From assembly GCF_003790525.1 (NCBI RefSeq), contig NZ_CP033635.1: a stretch of DNA of 64,000 bases, one strand, 5' to 3'. The notes under the pieces are model-generated. The model was given only the letters and a program-made list of their open reading frames with translations, was not told the origin of the DNA and ran no database searches. Every line of letters starts with the position of its first letter. Position 1 is the first letter of the stretch. This stretch comes from Escherichia coli (lineage in GTDB: Bacteria > Pseudomonadota > Gammaproteobacteria > Enterobacterales > Enterobacteriaceae). The translations under genes and the position numbers were made by a program. Shown here one piece after another: positions 24,179-33,269 of this stretch.

Positions 24179-24957
24179 AATGTTAAATTCTTCCGTCTAT
24201 TGCATAGCTGTTTCCAGTAGAGAAACTTGATACAGTCCTTTGTCAGGACATTGATACAGAGTTAACAGCCTCTACGAAATGGGAATCAGTTATGCAGTGG
24301 CATTATACGATGCTGAATCTAATACGATATCCTTAGCGTTTATTCCTGATTTTTTTACGAGCATTCCCTTTTGTTGCATATTGCTCAGGACGCAAATGAT
24401 TTTACGGTTATAGCCCTCTACAGTCACGTCACTTTCATCTGAAAATATGTATCGTTTTCATTCAATTATTATCTTTTGTCTGCACTTTAGCTTTAGAAAG
24501 TTGGCAAAAATCAACTCCCTCTTACAAGTTCTATTATCGCCAGAAGATAATTTTGTGAACTTCGTCACGTTTTCAAACTAATGTTGTGGGGGCTTTTCTG
24601 GGGAGAATTTTTGGTCACTACCCCTCCTCTTGATATCATAGATTATAACAAGATTTTTTTTGTTTTTGTCTGCATAAAATAACCTACGAATATTGTGATT
24701 TTGATTTTTATTTTGTATACCAAAAAGCATTGTTTAAGTTATTTTTATATTGTGACTTTCTTTGTTGTTATTGTGTTATTAGAAGTCAGTTAATTAAATC
24801 ATTTCTCACAATTTGATTTCTTGGTTGTGCAAATGTATTGTTTTGCTCGTGAGTTGCTGGTGCTGTTCAACAGCATACCACTACAGATAGATGTAGTGAT
24901 TTGAGCAGCTCACATGCATATACAATCTGAAAATCATGAATATATAAGGAGAGCAAT

Positions 24958-25185
24958 ATGTGGAAGCCGTTAAGAGATGAGAACCGTTTATCAATTTTGA
25001 AGATCTATGGATACACCTGTGACAGACTGGTACGAGAAAAGGAACGCCAGAAAATTACGTCTATTTCTCGTTCACAAGCCTGGAAACTGGAACGTGAAGG
25101 AAAATTCCCGCCACGTAAAACTATTGGAAAGAAATCCTGTGGGTGGTTATTAAGTGATCTATTGTGGTGGATTAGTCAGTATTAA
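24958..25185 (+). CDS. alpA: AlpA-family phage regulatory protein / excisionase-like HTH
   Basis: 75-aa ORF; ISRSQAWKLEREGKFPPRKTIGKKSCGWLLSDLLWWI fits the AlpA/Xis-type HTH pattern; preceded by a ~780-bp AT-rich non-coding region. Confidence 0.65.
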   Translation: MWKPLRDENRLSILKIYGYTCDRLVREKERQKITSISRSQAWKLEREGKFPPRKTIGKKSCGWLLSDLLWWISQY

Positions 25186-25247
25186 CCTTATAGTATCAGA
25201 ATAATATATATTTCTATATTTTAATTTTATAATTAAAAAGGAGTTTC

Positions 25248-25994
25248 ATGATGAAACGTGTCTCTTTCTCTCTTGCAGAAACATATGAAGCTGATGTAAT
25301 TAAAAAGTATCAGCATTTAAAAAAATGCTCATTTTCAGCAGCGATTAAAGAGTGTTTAAAGCTAGGGGCTCCTGTTTTAAACAGGATAAATGAAAATATT
25401 GCTGCTATAACTGATATAGAGGATAAGCTACGTCAGTTTTTTAATGAGGAACCATTTGTGCAACGGACAAAGCCTGAAATAACAAAAGGAGAGTTTTTTC
25501 ATAGCATTTATAAATCGCATATCAAATATGAATATGATGTTCTCGATAGAAAGATATTTCCTCATGAAAGCACCAGAAATGCTATGGGAGTTGCAGAGAA
25601 AAAGGGAATTAAAGAGAATGCGACCTTAATGCTGGAATATTATAAAGTTGAGAAGGCAATTTGTATTTACACGAACAGAAAAGTTTCCCATACCCTGAAT
25701 CGTGCAGGAGGGTTTTATAAAACCATTCTGATTAAAACCAGTGTTTTTGGGGATTATTTTTTTGACTTTTGCAATTCAGTTTGCCTGCCGATAGATGAGT
25801 TGATTGAGTATGGTACGAAAGAAACAGTGAGGCGACATCAGATTCGTAGTACAGGATTTTGTACTTTTCATATTCCGATTTTTTATATCAATAATAAGGC
25901 TGTAATAGTGCCTGTTCTGAGAACAGAGGAAGTTTCACAAAGTTCCAGAACAGGTGGAGATGTTATTATTATTAACCCATTTGAAGATGAATGA
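25248..25994 (+). CDS. Hypothetical protein with N-terminal ribbon-helix-helix-like segment
   Basis: 248-aa ORF; N-terminus MKRVSFSLAETYEADVIKKYQHL resembles a CopG/RHH beta-alpha-alpha pattern; remainder unassigned. Confidence 0.4.
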   Translation: MMKRVSFSLAETYEADVIKKYQHLKKCSFSAAIKECLKLGAPVLNRINENIAAITDIEDKLRQFFNEEPFVQRTKPEITKGEFFHSIYKSHIKYEYDVLDRKIFPHESTRNAMGVAEKKGIKENATLMLEYYKVEKAICIYTNRKVSHTLNRAGGFYKTILIKTSVFGDYFFDFCNSVCLPIDELIEYGTKETVRRHQIRSTGFCTFHIPIFYINNKAVIVPVLRTEEVSQSSRTGGDVIIINPFEDE

Positions 25995-26215
25995 TTATGG
26001 CCCGCGTAGATTTATTCATAACCCAGAAATCGTGGTGTAAATGATGAACAGAAACCGCTTTCTGAGGTTAAAGAGAGCAATCATTACCCGGGAGTGGCCA
26101 ACTCTTTTATCGAGTACTTTTCCGATGTATCTGGAGAGCCTCCCTTAGAAAAGAGTAATGCGACTCAGGAAAAAACAGGTTCAATAATTAATTCATGACA
26201 CCAGTTTGAGGCATT

Positions 26216-26776
26216 ATGGCGAGTTTTGCATACATAGACTCTGAAAAATGGTCAAAACTTAATCGCTTAAAATCCATGATTCAGAGATATTTTAAAGAAC
26301 CACTATTGCAGTTAACAGGCGAATTGGGTCGCCCGGATTATACTCTGGCAGACAGAAAACGGTTAGTTCGACTCCTGACGCAGGATATGCAAAGGGGTGA
26401 TATTCTGATTACTAAATCGTTAACTTGTTTTGGTAATACGCCGGAAAAAATACAGGAGGTTTTATCTTTAAGTATCAGACAAGGTATTAATATTTGCTTT
26501 TTTACGTCATCAGAGTTGCCGGATGGTGATGATATTCCTGTGGTACTCACCGGGATGATTTTACCTACAGATATTAGAGGAAAAATTCCCGACATCAGTA
26601 TCCGGAAAATTAAAAGAAAACCAGGAAGGAAAGAAGGGAGTATTCATAGTAAAAATATCAGACAGTTGAAATTGCAGGGGTTCAGTCAGTCACAAACAGC
26701 CAGAAAATTAAGCATCAGTTTATCCACTGTAAAAAGACACTGGGATAAAGGTATTGTTGATCTAACTGCAGAGTAA
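26216..26776 (+). CDS. Serine-recombinase (resolvase/invertase)-derived protein with C-terminal HTH; catalytic motifs degenerate (YagL-like)
   Basis: 186-aa ORF; RGDILITKSLTCFGNT aligns with resolvase GDTLVVxKLDRLGRS but lacks the RVS serine motif and DRLGR arginine; C-terminal QSQTARKLSISLSTVKRHW HTH. Confidence 0.5.
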   Translation: MASFAYIDSEKWSKLNRLKSMIQRYFKEPLLQLTGELGRPDYTLADRKRLVRLLTQDMQRGDILITKSLTCFGNTPEKIQEVLSLSIRQGINICFFTSSELPDGDDIPVVLTGMILPTDIRGKIPDISIRKIKRKPGRKEGSIHSKNIRQLKLQGFSQSQTARKLSISLSTVKRHWDKGIVDLTAE

Positions 26777-26970
26777 CATTTTATAGTCCTTGTAGCTATT
26801 GGCAATGGAGTTATAAATACATGTGCGTTGGATAGGTAATATATATTATATCTGTGATGTATAGTATATGTGTAATGATGGATATGATGTACTAATAGAG
26901 CTAATGGTATTCTGATACCAAATAATTAGTTGTGTGTAGATCATAACTCTGTTTAATGTTTTAGAACGTT

Positions 26971-27011
26971 CTAATGTAACTGTGTAACATCATCCTGTTC
27001 TCTAATGTAAC
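26971..27011. repeat. Direct repeats ctaatgtaac (x2, 31 bp apart) upstream of the Gp2-like gene
   Basis: ctaatgtaac at 26971-26980 and 27002-27011, with a related tgtgtaac between them. Confidence 0.35.
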
Positions 27012-27157
27012 AATAGGCAGTAGCGTTTTTCTTAATTGACGCCCAGAGGGTTATATATCCCTCTGGGAACTACTGATACGAATATTAATATCTGCTTCTG
27101 TTGTGTATTGGGTAGGTTAACTATTAGCTTATCTCTGAAAGCAAAAGGAATATTAAC

Positions 27158-27772
27158 ATGATTACGATTGAAACTCTTTACGGTGAATGTCATGAGGCTC
27201 ACGGGTTAAAAATAAGAAACCAGGTGAATAACCTCTTCCAGAAACATCCCAGAATAACGGCAATACGGGTGGATCTCCATTATCCTCCCGTGATTGACAA
27301 CGGGGATACCATTACCTGTTTTCCTAACCTGAGTCCCGGAGAGATATCTCGTTTCCGTAACTCGCTGAATGCGAAAATTAATGCAGATCAACACCGTAAA
27401 AAACAACAAGGCAAACGCACCTACGCAACGTCGGTTTGTATTATCTGGGCGAAAGAATATACGCAGTCCTTTAAATGTCATTATCACGTCTGCCTTTTTT
27501 TTAACAAAGACGCCTATTACCACCTGGGAGACTATGAGCGCTCTGACACCCTGAGAGGGTTAATTACCGGAGCCTGGTACAGTGCCTTAGGGTTAGAACT
27601 GGAAGATCACCAGGGACTAGTTCATTTCCCTGCTAATGGACGTTACATCCTGGATATTAACGATCCTGATTTCCCTGAGCAATATCAGCGCTTATTGGCA
27701 CGTCTGGATTATCTGACGAAGCTCGACACTAAAGCATCAGGCCAGCGTAACTTTGGCTACAGCGGTTTTTGA
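27158..27772 (+). CDS. Inovirus Gp2-like / YagK-YfjJ family protein with HUH motif
   Basis: 204-aa ORF; HYHVCLFF (HUH-like) and conserved HPRITAIRVDLHYP block typical of the YagK/YfjJ prophage family. Confidence 0.5.
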   Translation: MITIETLYGECHEAHGLKIRNQVNNLFQKHPRITAIRVDLHYPPVIDNGDTITCFPNLSPGEISRFRNSLNAKINADQHRKKQQGKRTYATSVCIIWAKEYTQSFKCHYHVCLFFNKDAYYHLGDYERSDTLRGLITGAWYSALGLELEDHQGLVHFPANGRYILDINDPDFPEQYQRLLARLDYLTKLDTKASGQRNFGYSGF

Positions 27773-27799
27773 CCTATTGTAACTGTAAGGTGATTTATT

Positions 27800-28366
27800 A
27801 TGTATACAGAATCAAACGTTAAGCTTTCCTGTAACGCCCTCTGGCAAAAGTATGTCCTTGCAACTCTGTATCGGGCTGCAGCTACACATCCTAAAATTAA
27901 ATTATTACAATTTAAATTAATACCTTGCCCAGGTATGAACAAGGCAATTCCCTCTCTGATGGCTGATTTTACTGGTGAACTGCATAGACTAATTTCTGAA
28001 TATTTGCAGTGCAAGCGACGTAAAGATAAATCTGTTGAGCCCGCCCCTTTATATTATCTCTGGAGTAGGGAAGCTGTGGCTAACGATACCACTCCTTATC
28101 TTATGGTACTGCTACTTAATAACGATGTCTGGTGTAAGAGTCGTGAGGTGGTGGCTCTCAGAAATCTGATTGAGCAGGCGTGGGGAAAAGTATTGGACGA
28201 AGATAACTCCATTACACATCAGGTTGTGTATCCTGAAGTGCTGTCGTTGGTATTTGATGCAGCTAACACATACAACGCTGAGCCTGGTGTACTGGAACAG
28301 ACGGCCCAGGCTTACATTGAATCGCATGGTGCCATTGAACGTCATCTTGGGTGTAGTGACTTTTAA
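27800..28366 (+). CDS. Paralogue of the upstream Gp2-like protein (HUH motif degenerate)
   Basis: 188-aa ORF; N-terminus HPKIKLLQFKLIPCP parallels HPRITAIRVDLHYPP of the neighbour; the HYHV position reads PYLMV. Confidence 0.4.
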   Translation: MYTESNVKLSCNALWQKYVLATLYRAAATHPKIKLLQFKLIPCPGMNKAIPSLMADFTGELHRLISEYLQCKRRKDKSVEPAPLYYLWSREAVANDTTPYLMVLLLNNDVWCKSREVVALRNLIEQAWGKVLDEDNSITHQVVYPEVLSLVFDAANTYNAEPGVLEQTAQAYIESHGAIERHLGCSDF

Positions 28367-28440
28367 CGACGTCAGGTGATGCATAAGGGCCTTTCGCTGA
28401 GAGGCCCTGTTTACACAATTAAATAAGTCGAACCCGACCA

Positions 28441-28561
28441 GCAATTTTGACGTTGACGGCAGGATTATTGAGGGGCAATCAATGTGTTCTTCGGCAGCGA
28501 TTACGGTAGTGAACGGACCTGCTGTCTGAATGGTATCGATCCGCAAGCGTATCTGCGCCAT
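28441..28561 (+). mobile_element. Short IS66-family transposase (TnpC C-terminal) remnant, truncated by IS2
   Basis: Translates to ...SERTCCLNGIDPQAYLR, resembling the conserved LNGxDPxAYL motif near the C-terminus of IS66 TnpC; abuts the IS2 end at 28562. Confidence 0.35.
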
Positions 28562-29650
28562 TGGATTTGCCCCTATATTTCCAGACACCTGTTATCACTT
28601 AACCCATTACTGGCCCGCTGCCGTAGATATTCCCGTGGCGAGCGATAACCCAGTGCACTATGCGGATGCCATTCGTTATAATGCTCGAACGCCTCTGCAA
28701 GGTTCTTTGCTGCCGTTAACCCGTCTGGTTTGGGCATGATACTGATGTAATCACGCTTTATCGTTTTCACGAAGCTCTCTGCTATGCCGTTACTCTCCGG
28801 ACTCCGCACCGCCGTGTTCTTCGGTTCAAGTCCCAGCATCCGGGCGAACTGGCGTGTTTCATTAGCCCGGTAGCATGAACCATTATCCGTCAGCCACTCC
28901 ACTGGAGATGTCGGAAGCTCGCTGCCGAAGCGGCGTTCCACCGCTCCCAGCATGACGTCCTGTACTGTTTCACTGTCGAAGCCGCCCGTAGTGACCGCCC
29001 AGTGCAGTGCCTCACGGTCACAGCAGTCCAGCGCGAACGTGACCCCCAGTTTTTCTCCGTTATCACAGCGGAACTCGAACCCGTCAGAGCACCATCGTTG
29101 ATTGCTTTCTTTCACGGCCACTTTGCCAGTATGTGCCCGTTTCGATGGCGGTACAGCGGTTTTTCGCTCAAGCAACAGCGCATTCTGGCGCATGATCCGG
29201 TAAACACGTTTGGCATTGATAGCAGGCATACCATCAAGTTCGGCCTGTCTGCGAAGCAGCGCCCATACCCGACGATAACCATACGTGGGCAGCTCTCCGA
29301 TAACATGGTGTATACGGAGAAGCACATCCGTATCATCTGAGTGACGGCTGCGGCGACCATCTTTCCAGTCATCGGTTCGTCTGAGAATGACGTGCAACTG
29401 CGCACGCGACACCCGGAGACAACGGCTGACTAAGCTTACTCCCCATCCCCGGGCAACAAGGGAGACCGTCATTCCCGGTTCAAAGCTCTGCTGAACAATA
29501 GCGATCTTTTCCTGTGTAGTACGCCGTCTGCGTTTCTCCGGCCCTAAGACATCAATCATCTGTTCTCCAATGACTAGTCTAGAAACTAGTATTAAGACTA
29601 TCACTTATTTAAGTGATATTGATTGTCTGGAGATTCAGGGGGCCAGTCTA
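28562..29650 (-). mobile_element. IS2 copy with a ~242-bp internal deletion (1089 bp against ~1331 bp expected)
   Basis: IS2 terminal sequences at both ends (tggatttgcccctatatttccagaca at 28562; complement of tagactggccccctgaatctccagacaa ending at 29650). Confidence 0.75.
28573..29559 (-). CDS. IS2 transposase, in-frame InsC(N-terminal 37 aa)-InsD fusion created by the internal deletion
   Basis: [37 protein letters not shown] (InsC HTH start) runs directly into [20 protein letters not shown]... (InsD) through to ...NRCLEI; DDE region intact. Confidence 0.7.
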   Translation of the reverse strand: MIDVLGPEKRRRRTTQEKIAIVQQSFEPGMTVSLVARGWGVSLVSRCLRVSRAQLHVILRRTDDWKDGRRSRHSDDTDVLLRIHHVIGELPTYGYRRVWALLRRQAELDGMPAINAKRVYRIMRQNALLLERKTAVPPSKRAHTGKVAVKESNQRWCSDGFEFRCDNGEKLGVTFALDCCDREALHWAVTTGGFDSETVQDVMLGAVERRFGSELPTSPVEWLTDNGSCYRANETRQFARMLGLEPKNTAVRSPESNGIAESFVKTIKRDYISIMPKPDGLTAAKNLAEAFEHYNEWHPHSALGYRSPREYLRQRASNGLSDNRCLEI

Positions 29651-29984
29651 TATATCAATTAATCATTAGTTTAAAAGCTTGTTCAACTGCATACATCATT
29701 AGCGTTTAAGCCAGTGAACAGGAAGTTTACTGGCTTAATTACAGTAATATAGTGTATCGCTATGCTCACTGAGTCTTAGATCTCCACCGTCGGTCTAATA
29801 TTCGCACTCCTGCTAACAACCGGTAATCAAATCGTCCTCCGGTATTGAAAGTTAATACACAAATCAGGATGATGGAGGCTCATACTGGTACAGCGCGACC
29901 ACTTATGCAGGCGTCTCTGTCAGGTTTGTTGCCCGGATCACCCGCATCAGGGACAGGGCTGTTCAGTTATCCGCAGGAGAAAAT

Positions 29985-30995
29985 ATGTCACTCAAGGCTA
30001 TCGCCGCCGAACTCGGGATCTCTGTCACCACAGTCAGCCGGGCGCTTGGCGGATTTTCGGACGTTTCCGCTTCGACCCGTGCACGTGTAGAAGCGGAAGC
30101 TCGGCGTCGTGGTTATCGCCCGAATACCCTGGCAAGACGTCTCAAAACCGGTAAAACCGATGCGGTCGGCCTGGTCTTCCCTGAACATGCTGTACTGTTC
30201 AGCAGTAGTGTGTTTGTGGATATGGTCAGTTGTATCAGCCGGGAACTGGTCCGCCATGATATTGACTTACTGCTGATAGCCGATGATGAACGGGCTGACA
30301 GCCACAGCTATATGCGTCTGGTCGAAAGCCGCCGGGTTGATGCCCTTATCGTGGCGCACACGATGGATAATGACCCGCGTCTTACACACCTGCAGGAGGC
30401 CGGTATTCCGTTTCTGGCACTCGGTCAGGTGCCGTCCGGTCTTCCCTGTGCCTGGTTTGACTTTGATAACCATGCAGGAACCTGGCAGGCCACACAGCAC
30501 CTGATTGCCCTGGGCCATCAGCGAATTGCCCTGCTGAGTGAGGACAACTCCCGTGCCTATGTCACTGCACGACGTCAGGGATGGCGCGATGCCCTGAGTG
30601 AACATGGTCTGCCTGAGACCTGGCTACGCCGGGTCTCTCCCACCCGACGCTCAGGTTTCCAGGCAGTGACTGAGTTAATGTCACTTCCGCTTCCCCCGAC
30701 GGCCATTATTACCGACAGTGACCTGATCGGTGATGGCGCGGCCATGTCGCTGCAGTTATCCGGTCATCTGTCCGGAGAGGATGCCGTCTCTCTTGTGGTT
30801 TATGATGGTCTGCCGCAGGACAGTATTATTGAACAGGATGTGGCTGCAGTTCTTCAGTCAACACGACATCGCGTCGGTCGTCAGATTGCCGACATGATAC
30901 GCCAGCTGGTCACGAATGTTTCACCTGAAATGCTACAAGTACTCTGGCAGCCGGAATTTCATCCTGGCAAGACAACGCTTGCTCCCTCCGCCTGA
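29985..30995 (+). CDS. rafR: LacI-family repressor, RafR-like
   Basis: 336-aa ORF; N-terminal HTH MSLKAIAAELGISVTTVSRAL; immediately upstream of the alpha-galactosidase gene. Confidence 0.65.
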   Translation: MSLKAIAAELGISVTTVSRALGGFSDVSASTRARVEAEARRRGYRPNTLARRLKTGKTDAVGLVFPEHAVLFSSSVFVDMVSCISRELVRHDIDLLLIADDERADSHSYMRLVESRRVDALIVAHTMDNDPRLTHLQEAGIPFLALGQVPSGLPCAWFDFDNHAGTWQATQHLIALGHQRIALLSEDNSRAYVTARRQGWRDALSEHGLPETWLRRVSPTRRSGFQAVTELMSLPLPPTAIITDSDLIGDGAAMSLQLSGHLSGEDAVSLVVYDGLPQDSIIEQDVAAVLQSTRHRVGRQIADMIRQLVTNVSPEMLQVLWQPEFHPGKTTLAPSA

Positions 30996-31088
30996 TTTTT
31001 AATCCCGCTCACAAATTCGAATCGTTTCGGTTGCTATCCGAAACGATTCGGATCAACAGTAAGGCATACCCGAAAACGGAGATGTCTT

Positions 31089-33215
31089 ATGGAACCGATG
31101 TACCGCAGGCTGACCAGTCCCCACTCAGACCTGATTATTAAAACCCACCCGTATGCAGAGATTGTCTGGTGGGGATCCACCCTGAAACACTTTTCACCGG
31201 ATGACTGTATCAGCCTGGAAAGGCCGGTTGCGAATGGTCGTCTGGATACCGACACCCCACTGACGCTGATGGCCGAAAACGGCGCGGGACTTTTTGGCTC
31301 GCCGGGGCTGGAGGGACACCGCAACGGGCTGGATGCGTCCCCTGTGTTCCGTACCATCAGCGTGGTACAGGCCGGAGAATCACTCACCCTGACCAGTGAG
31401 GATGCAGTGGCGGGTCTGCGCATGGTCAGTGAACTGGTGCTGACATCGTCCGGTGTGCTGAAGATGCGTCATGCCCTGACGAACCTCCGTGAAGGGGACT
31501 GGCAGGTGAACCGCTTCGCCATCACGCTCCCTGTGGCTGAAAGGGCAGAGGAAGTCATGGCCTTCCACGGACGCTGGACTCGTGAGTTTCAGCCGCACAG
31601 GGTCCGTCTCACACATGACGGTTTTGTGCTGGAGAACCGCCGGGGCCGCACGTCCCATGAGCATTTTCCGGCACTGATTGCCGGTGCCCCCGGTTTCTCA
31701 GAACAGCAGGGCGAGGTGTGGGCCGTACATCTGGGCTGGAGTGGCAACCATCGCATGAAATGTGAGGTCAAAACTGACGGACGGCGTTACCTCCAGGCGG
31801 AAGCACTGTGGATGCCCGGAGAAAAAGCCCTGAAGAAGGATGAGACCGTGTACACGCCGTGGCTGTACGCCAGCTATTCCCCGGAGGGGCTCAATGGTAT
31901 GAGTCAGCAGTACCACCGTTTTCTGCGCGATGAAATCATCCGTTTTCCTGAGCAGAAACCCCGTCCGGTGCACCTCAATACCTGGGAAGGTATTTATTTT
32001 GACCACGACCCGAACTACATCATGCAGATGGCCGGACGTGCGGCAGCGCTTGGCGTTGAACGTTTCATTATCGACGACGGCTGGTTTAAGGGACGCAATG
32101 ATGACCATGCGGCTCTGGGCGACTGGTATCTGGATGAACAGAAGTATCCGGACGGACTGATGCCGGTGATTAACCATGTGAAATCACTCGGCATGGAGTT
32201 CGGTATCTGGGTGGAACCGGAAATGATTAACCCGGACTCTGACCTCTTTCGCCGCCATCCTGACTGGGTACTGTCAATGCCGGGGTACACACAACCAACC
32301 GGGAGACATCAGTATGTTCTCAACCTGAACATTCCTGAGGCCTTTGCTTACATTTATGAACGCTGTTTATGGCTGCTGGGCGAACACCCAGTTGACTATG
32401 TGAAATGGGACATGAACCGCGAGCTGGTCCAGGCCGGGCATGAAGGTCGGGCGGCGGCGGACGCGCAGACCCGTCAGTTTTACCGGCTGCTGGATCTCCT
32501 GCGCGAACGTTTTCCCCGTGTTGAGTTTGAGTCCTGCGCTTCCGGCGGTGGACGTATCGACTTTGAGGTTCTGACCCGCACGCACCGCTTCTGGGCTTCT
32601 GACAACAATGACGCCCTGGAGCGCTGCACCATACAGCGTGGCATGAGTTACTTTTTCCCGCCGGAGGTTATGGGGGCACACATCGGTCATCATCGCTGCC
32701 ATGCCACCTTCCGGCAGCACAGCATTGCCTTTCGCGGTCTGACGGCCCTGTTCGGTCATATGGGACTGGAGCTGGATCCGGTAACGGCCGGAGAAGAGGA
32801 ATCCGCCGGTTACCGCCGCTATGCCTCGCTCTACAAAGAATGGCGGCAGCTTATCCACACGGGCACCCTATGGCGGGTGGATATGCCGGATGCGGCGACA
32901 CAGGTGCAGGGGGTGGTCAGCCCGGATCAGTCGCAGGCGCTCTTCCTGGTGAGCCAGCTTGCCATGCCGGATCACACCCTGCCGGGTGCTCTACGTTTTC
33001 CGGGGCTGGCACCACAGGCCCGTTACCGGCTTCGTGTTGTTGACCATCCGGATATTCAGCTGGTCGGTGAAGGCGGGCATACCATGCGCAGGCTGCCCGG
33101 CTGGATGAACCAGACCTCCGACATCAGTGGGGAATGGCTGGCGCAGGCCGGTATTCAGCTTCCCGTACTGGATCCGGAAAGCGCCATGCTGATTGCCCTT
33201 GAACGTTTGGCATAA
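31089..33215 (+). CDS. rafA: Alpha-galactosidase RafA (GH36)
   Basis: 708-aa ORF; GH36 motifs (DDGWF, KWDMN, CASGGGR). Confidence 0.8.
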   Translation: MEPMYRRLTSPHSDLIIKTHPYAEIVWWGSTLKHFSPDDCISLERPVANGRLDTDTPLTLMAENGAGLFGSPGLEGHRNGLDASPVFRTISVVQAGESLTLTSEDAVAGLRMVSELVLTSSGVLKMRHALTNLREGDWQVNRFAITLPVAERAEEVMAFHGRWTREFQPHRVRLTHDGFVLENRRGRTSHEHFPALIAGAPGFSEQQGEVWAVHLGWSGNHRMKCEVKTDGRRYLQAEALWMPGEKALKKDETVYTPWLYASYSPEGLNGMSQQYHRFLRDEIIRFPEQKPRPVHLNTWEGIYFDHDPNYIMQMAGRAAALGVERFIIDDGWFKGRNDDHAALGDWYLDEQKYPDGLMPVINHVKSLGMEFGIWVEPEMINPDSDLFRRHPDWVLSMPGYTQPTGRHQYVLNLNIPEAFAYIYERCLWLLGEHPVDYVKWDMNRELVQAGHEGRAAADAQTRQFYRLLDLLRERFPRVEFESCASGGGRIDFEVLTRTHRFWASDNNDALERCTIQRGMSYFFPPEVMGAHIGHHRCHATFRQHSIAFRGLTALFGHMGLELDPVTAGEEESAGYRRYASLYKEWRQLIHTGTLWRVDMPDAATQVQGVVSPDQSQALFLVSQLAMPDHTLPGALRFPGLAPQARYRLRVVDHPDIQLVGEGGHTMRRLPGWMNQTSDISGEWLAQAGIQLPVLDPESAMLIALERLA

Positions 33216-33269
33216 AAGGACCGGAGCCGGTCACGGCTCCCTGCACTCAGTCCCGTGAGGATAACAATA

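Noticed and set aside
28387-28407. Possible terminator hairpin after the 188-aa Gp2-like paralogue
   Set aside because: Stem is short (5 bp) with a long loop; not convincing as a terminator.
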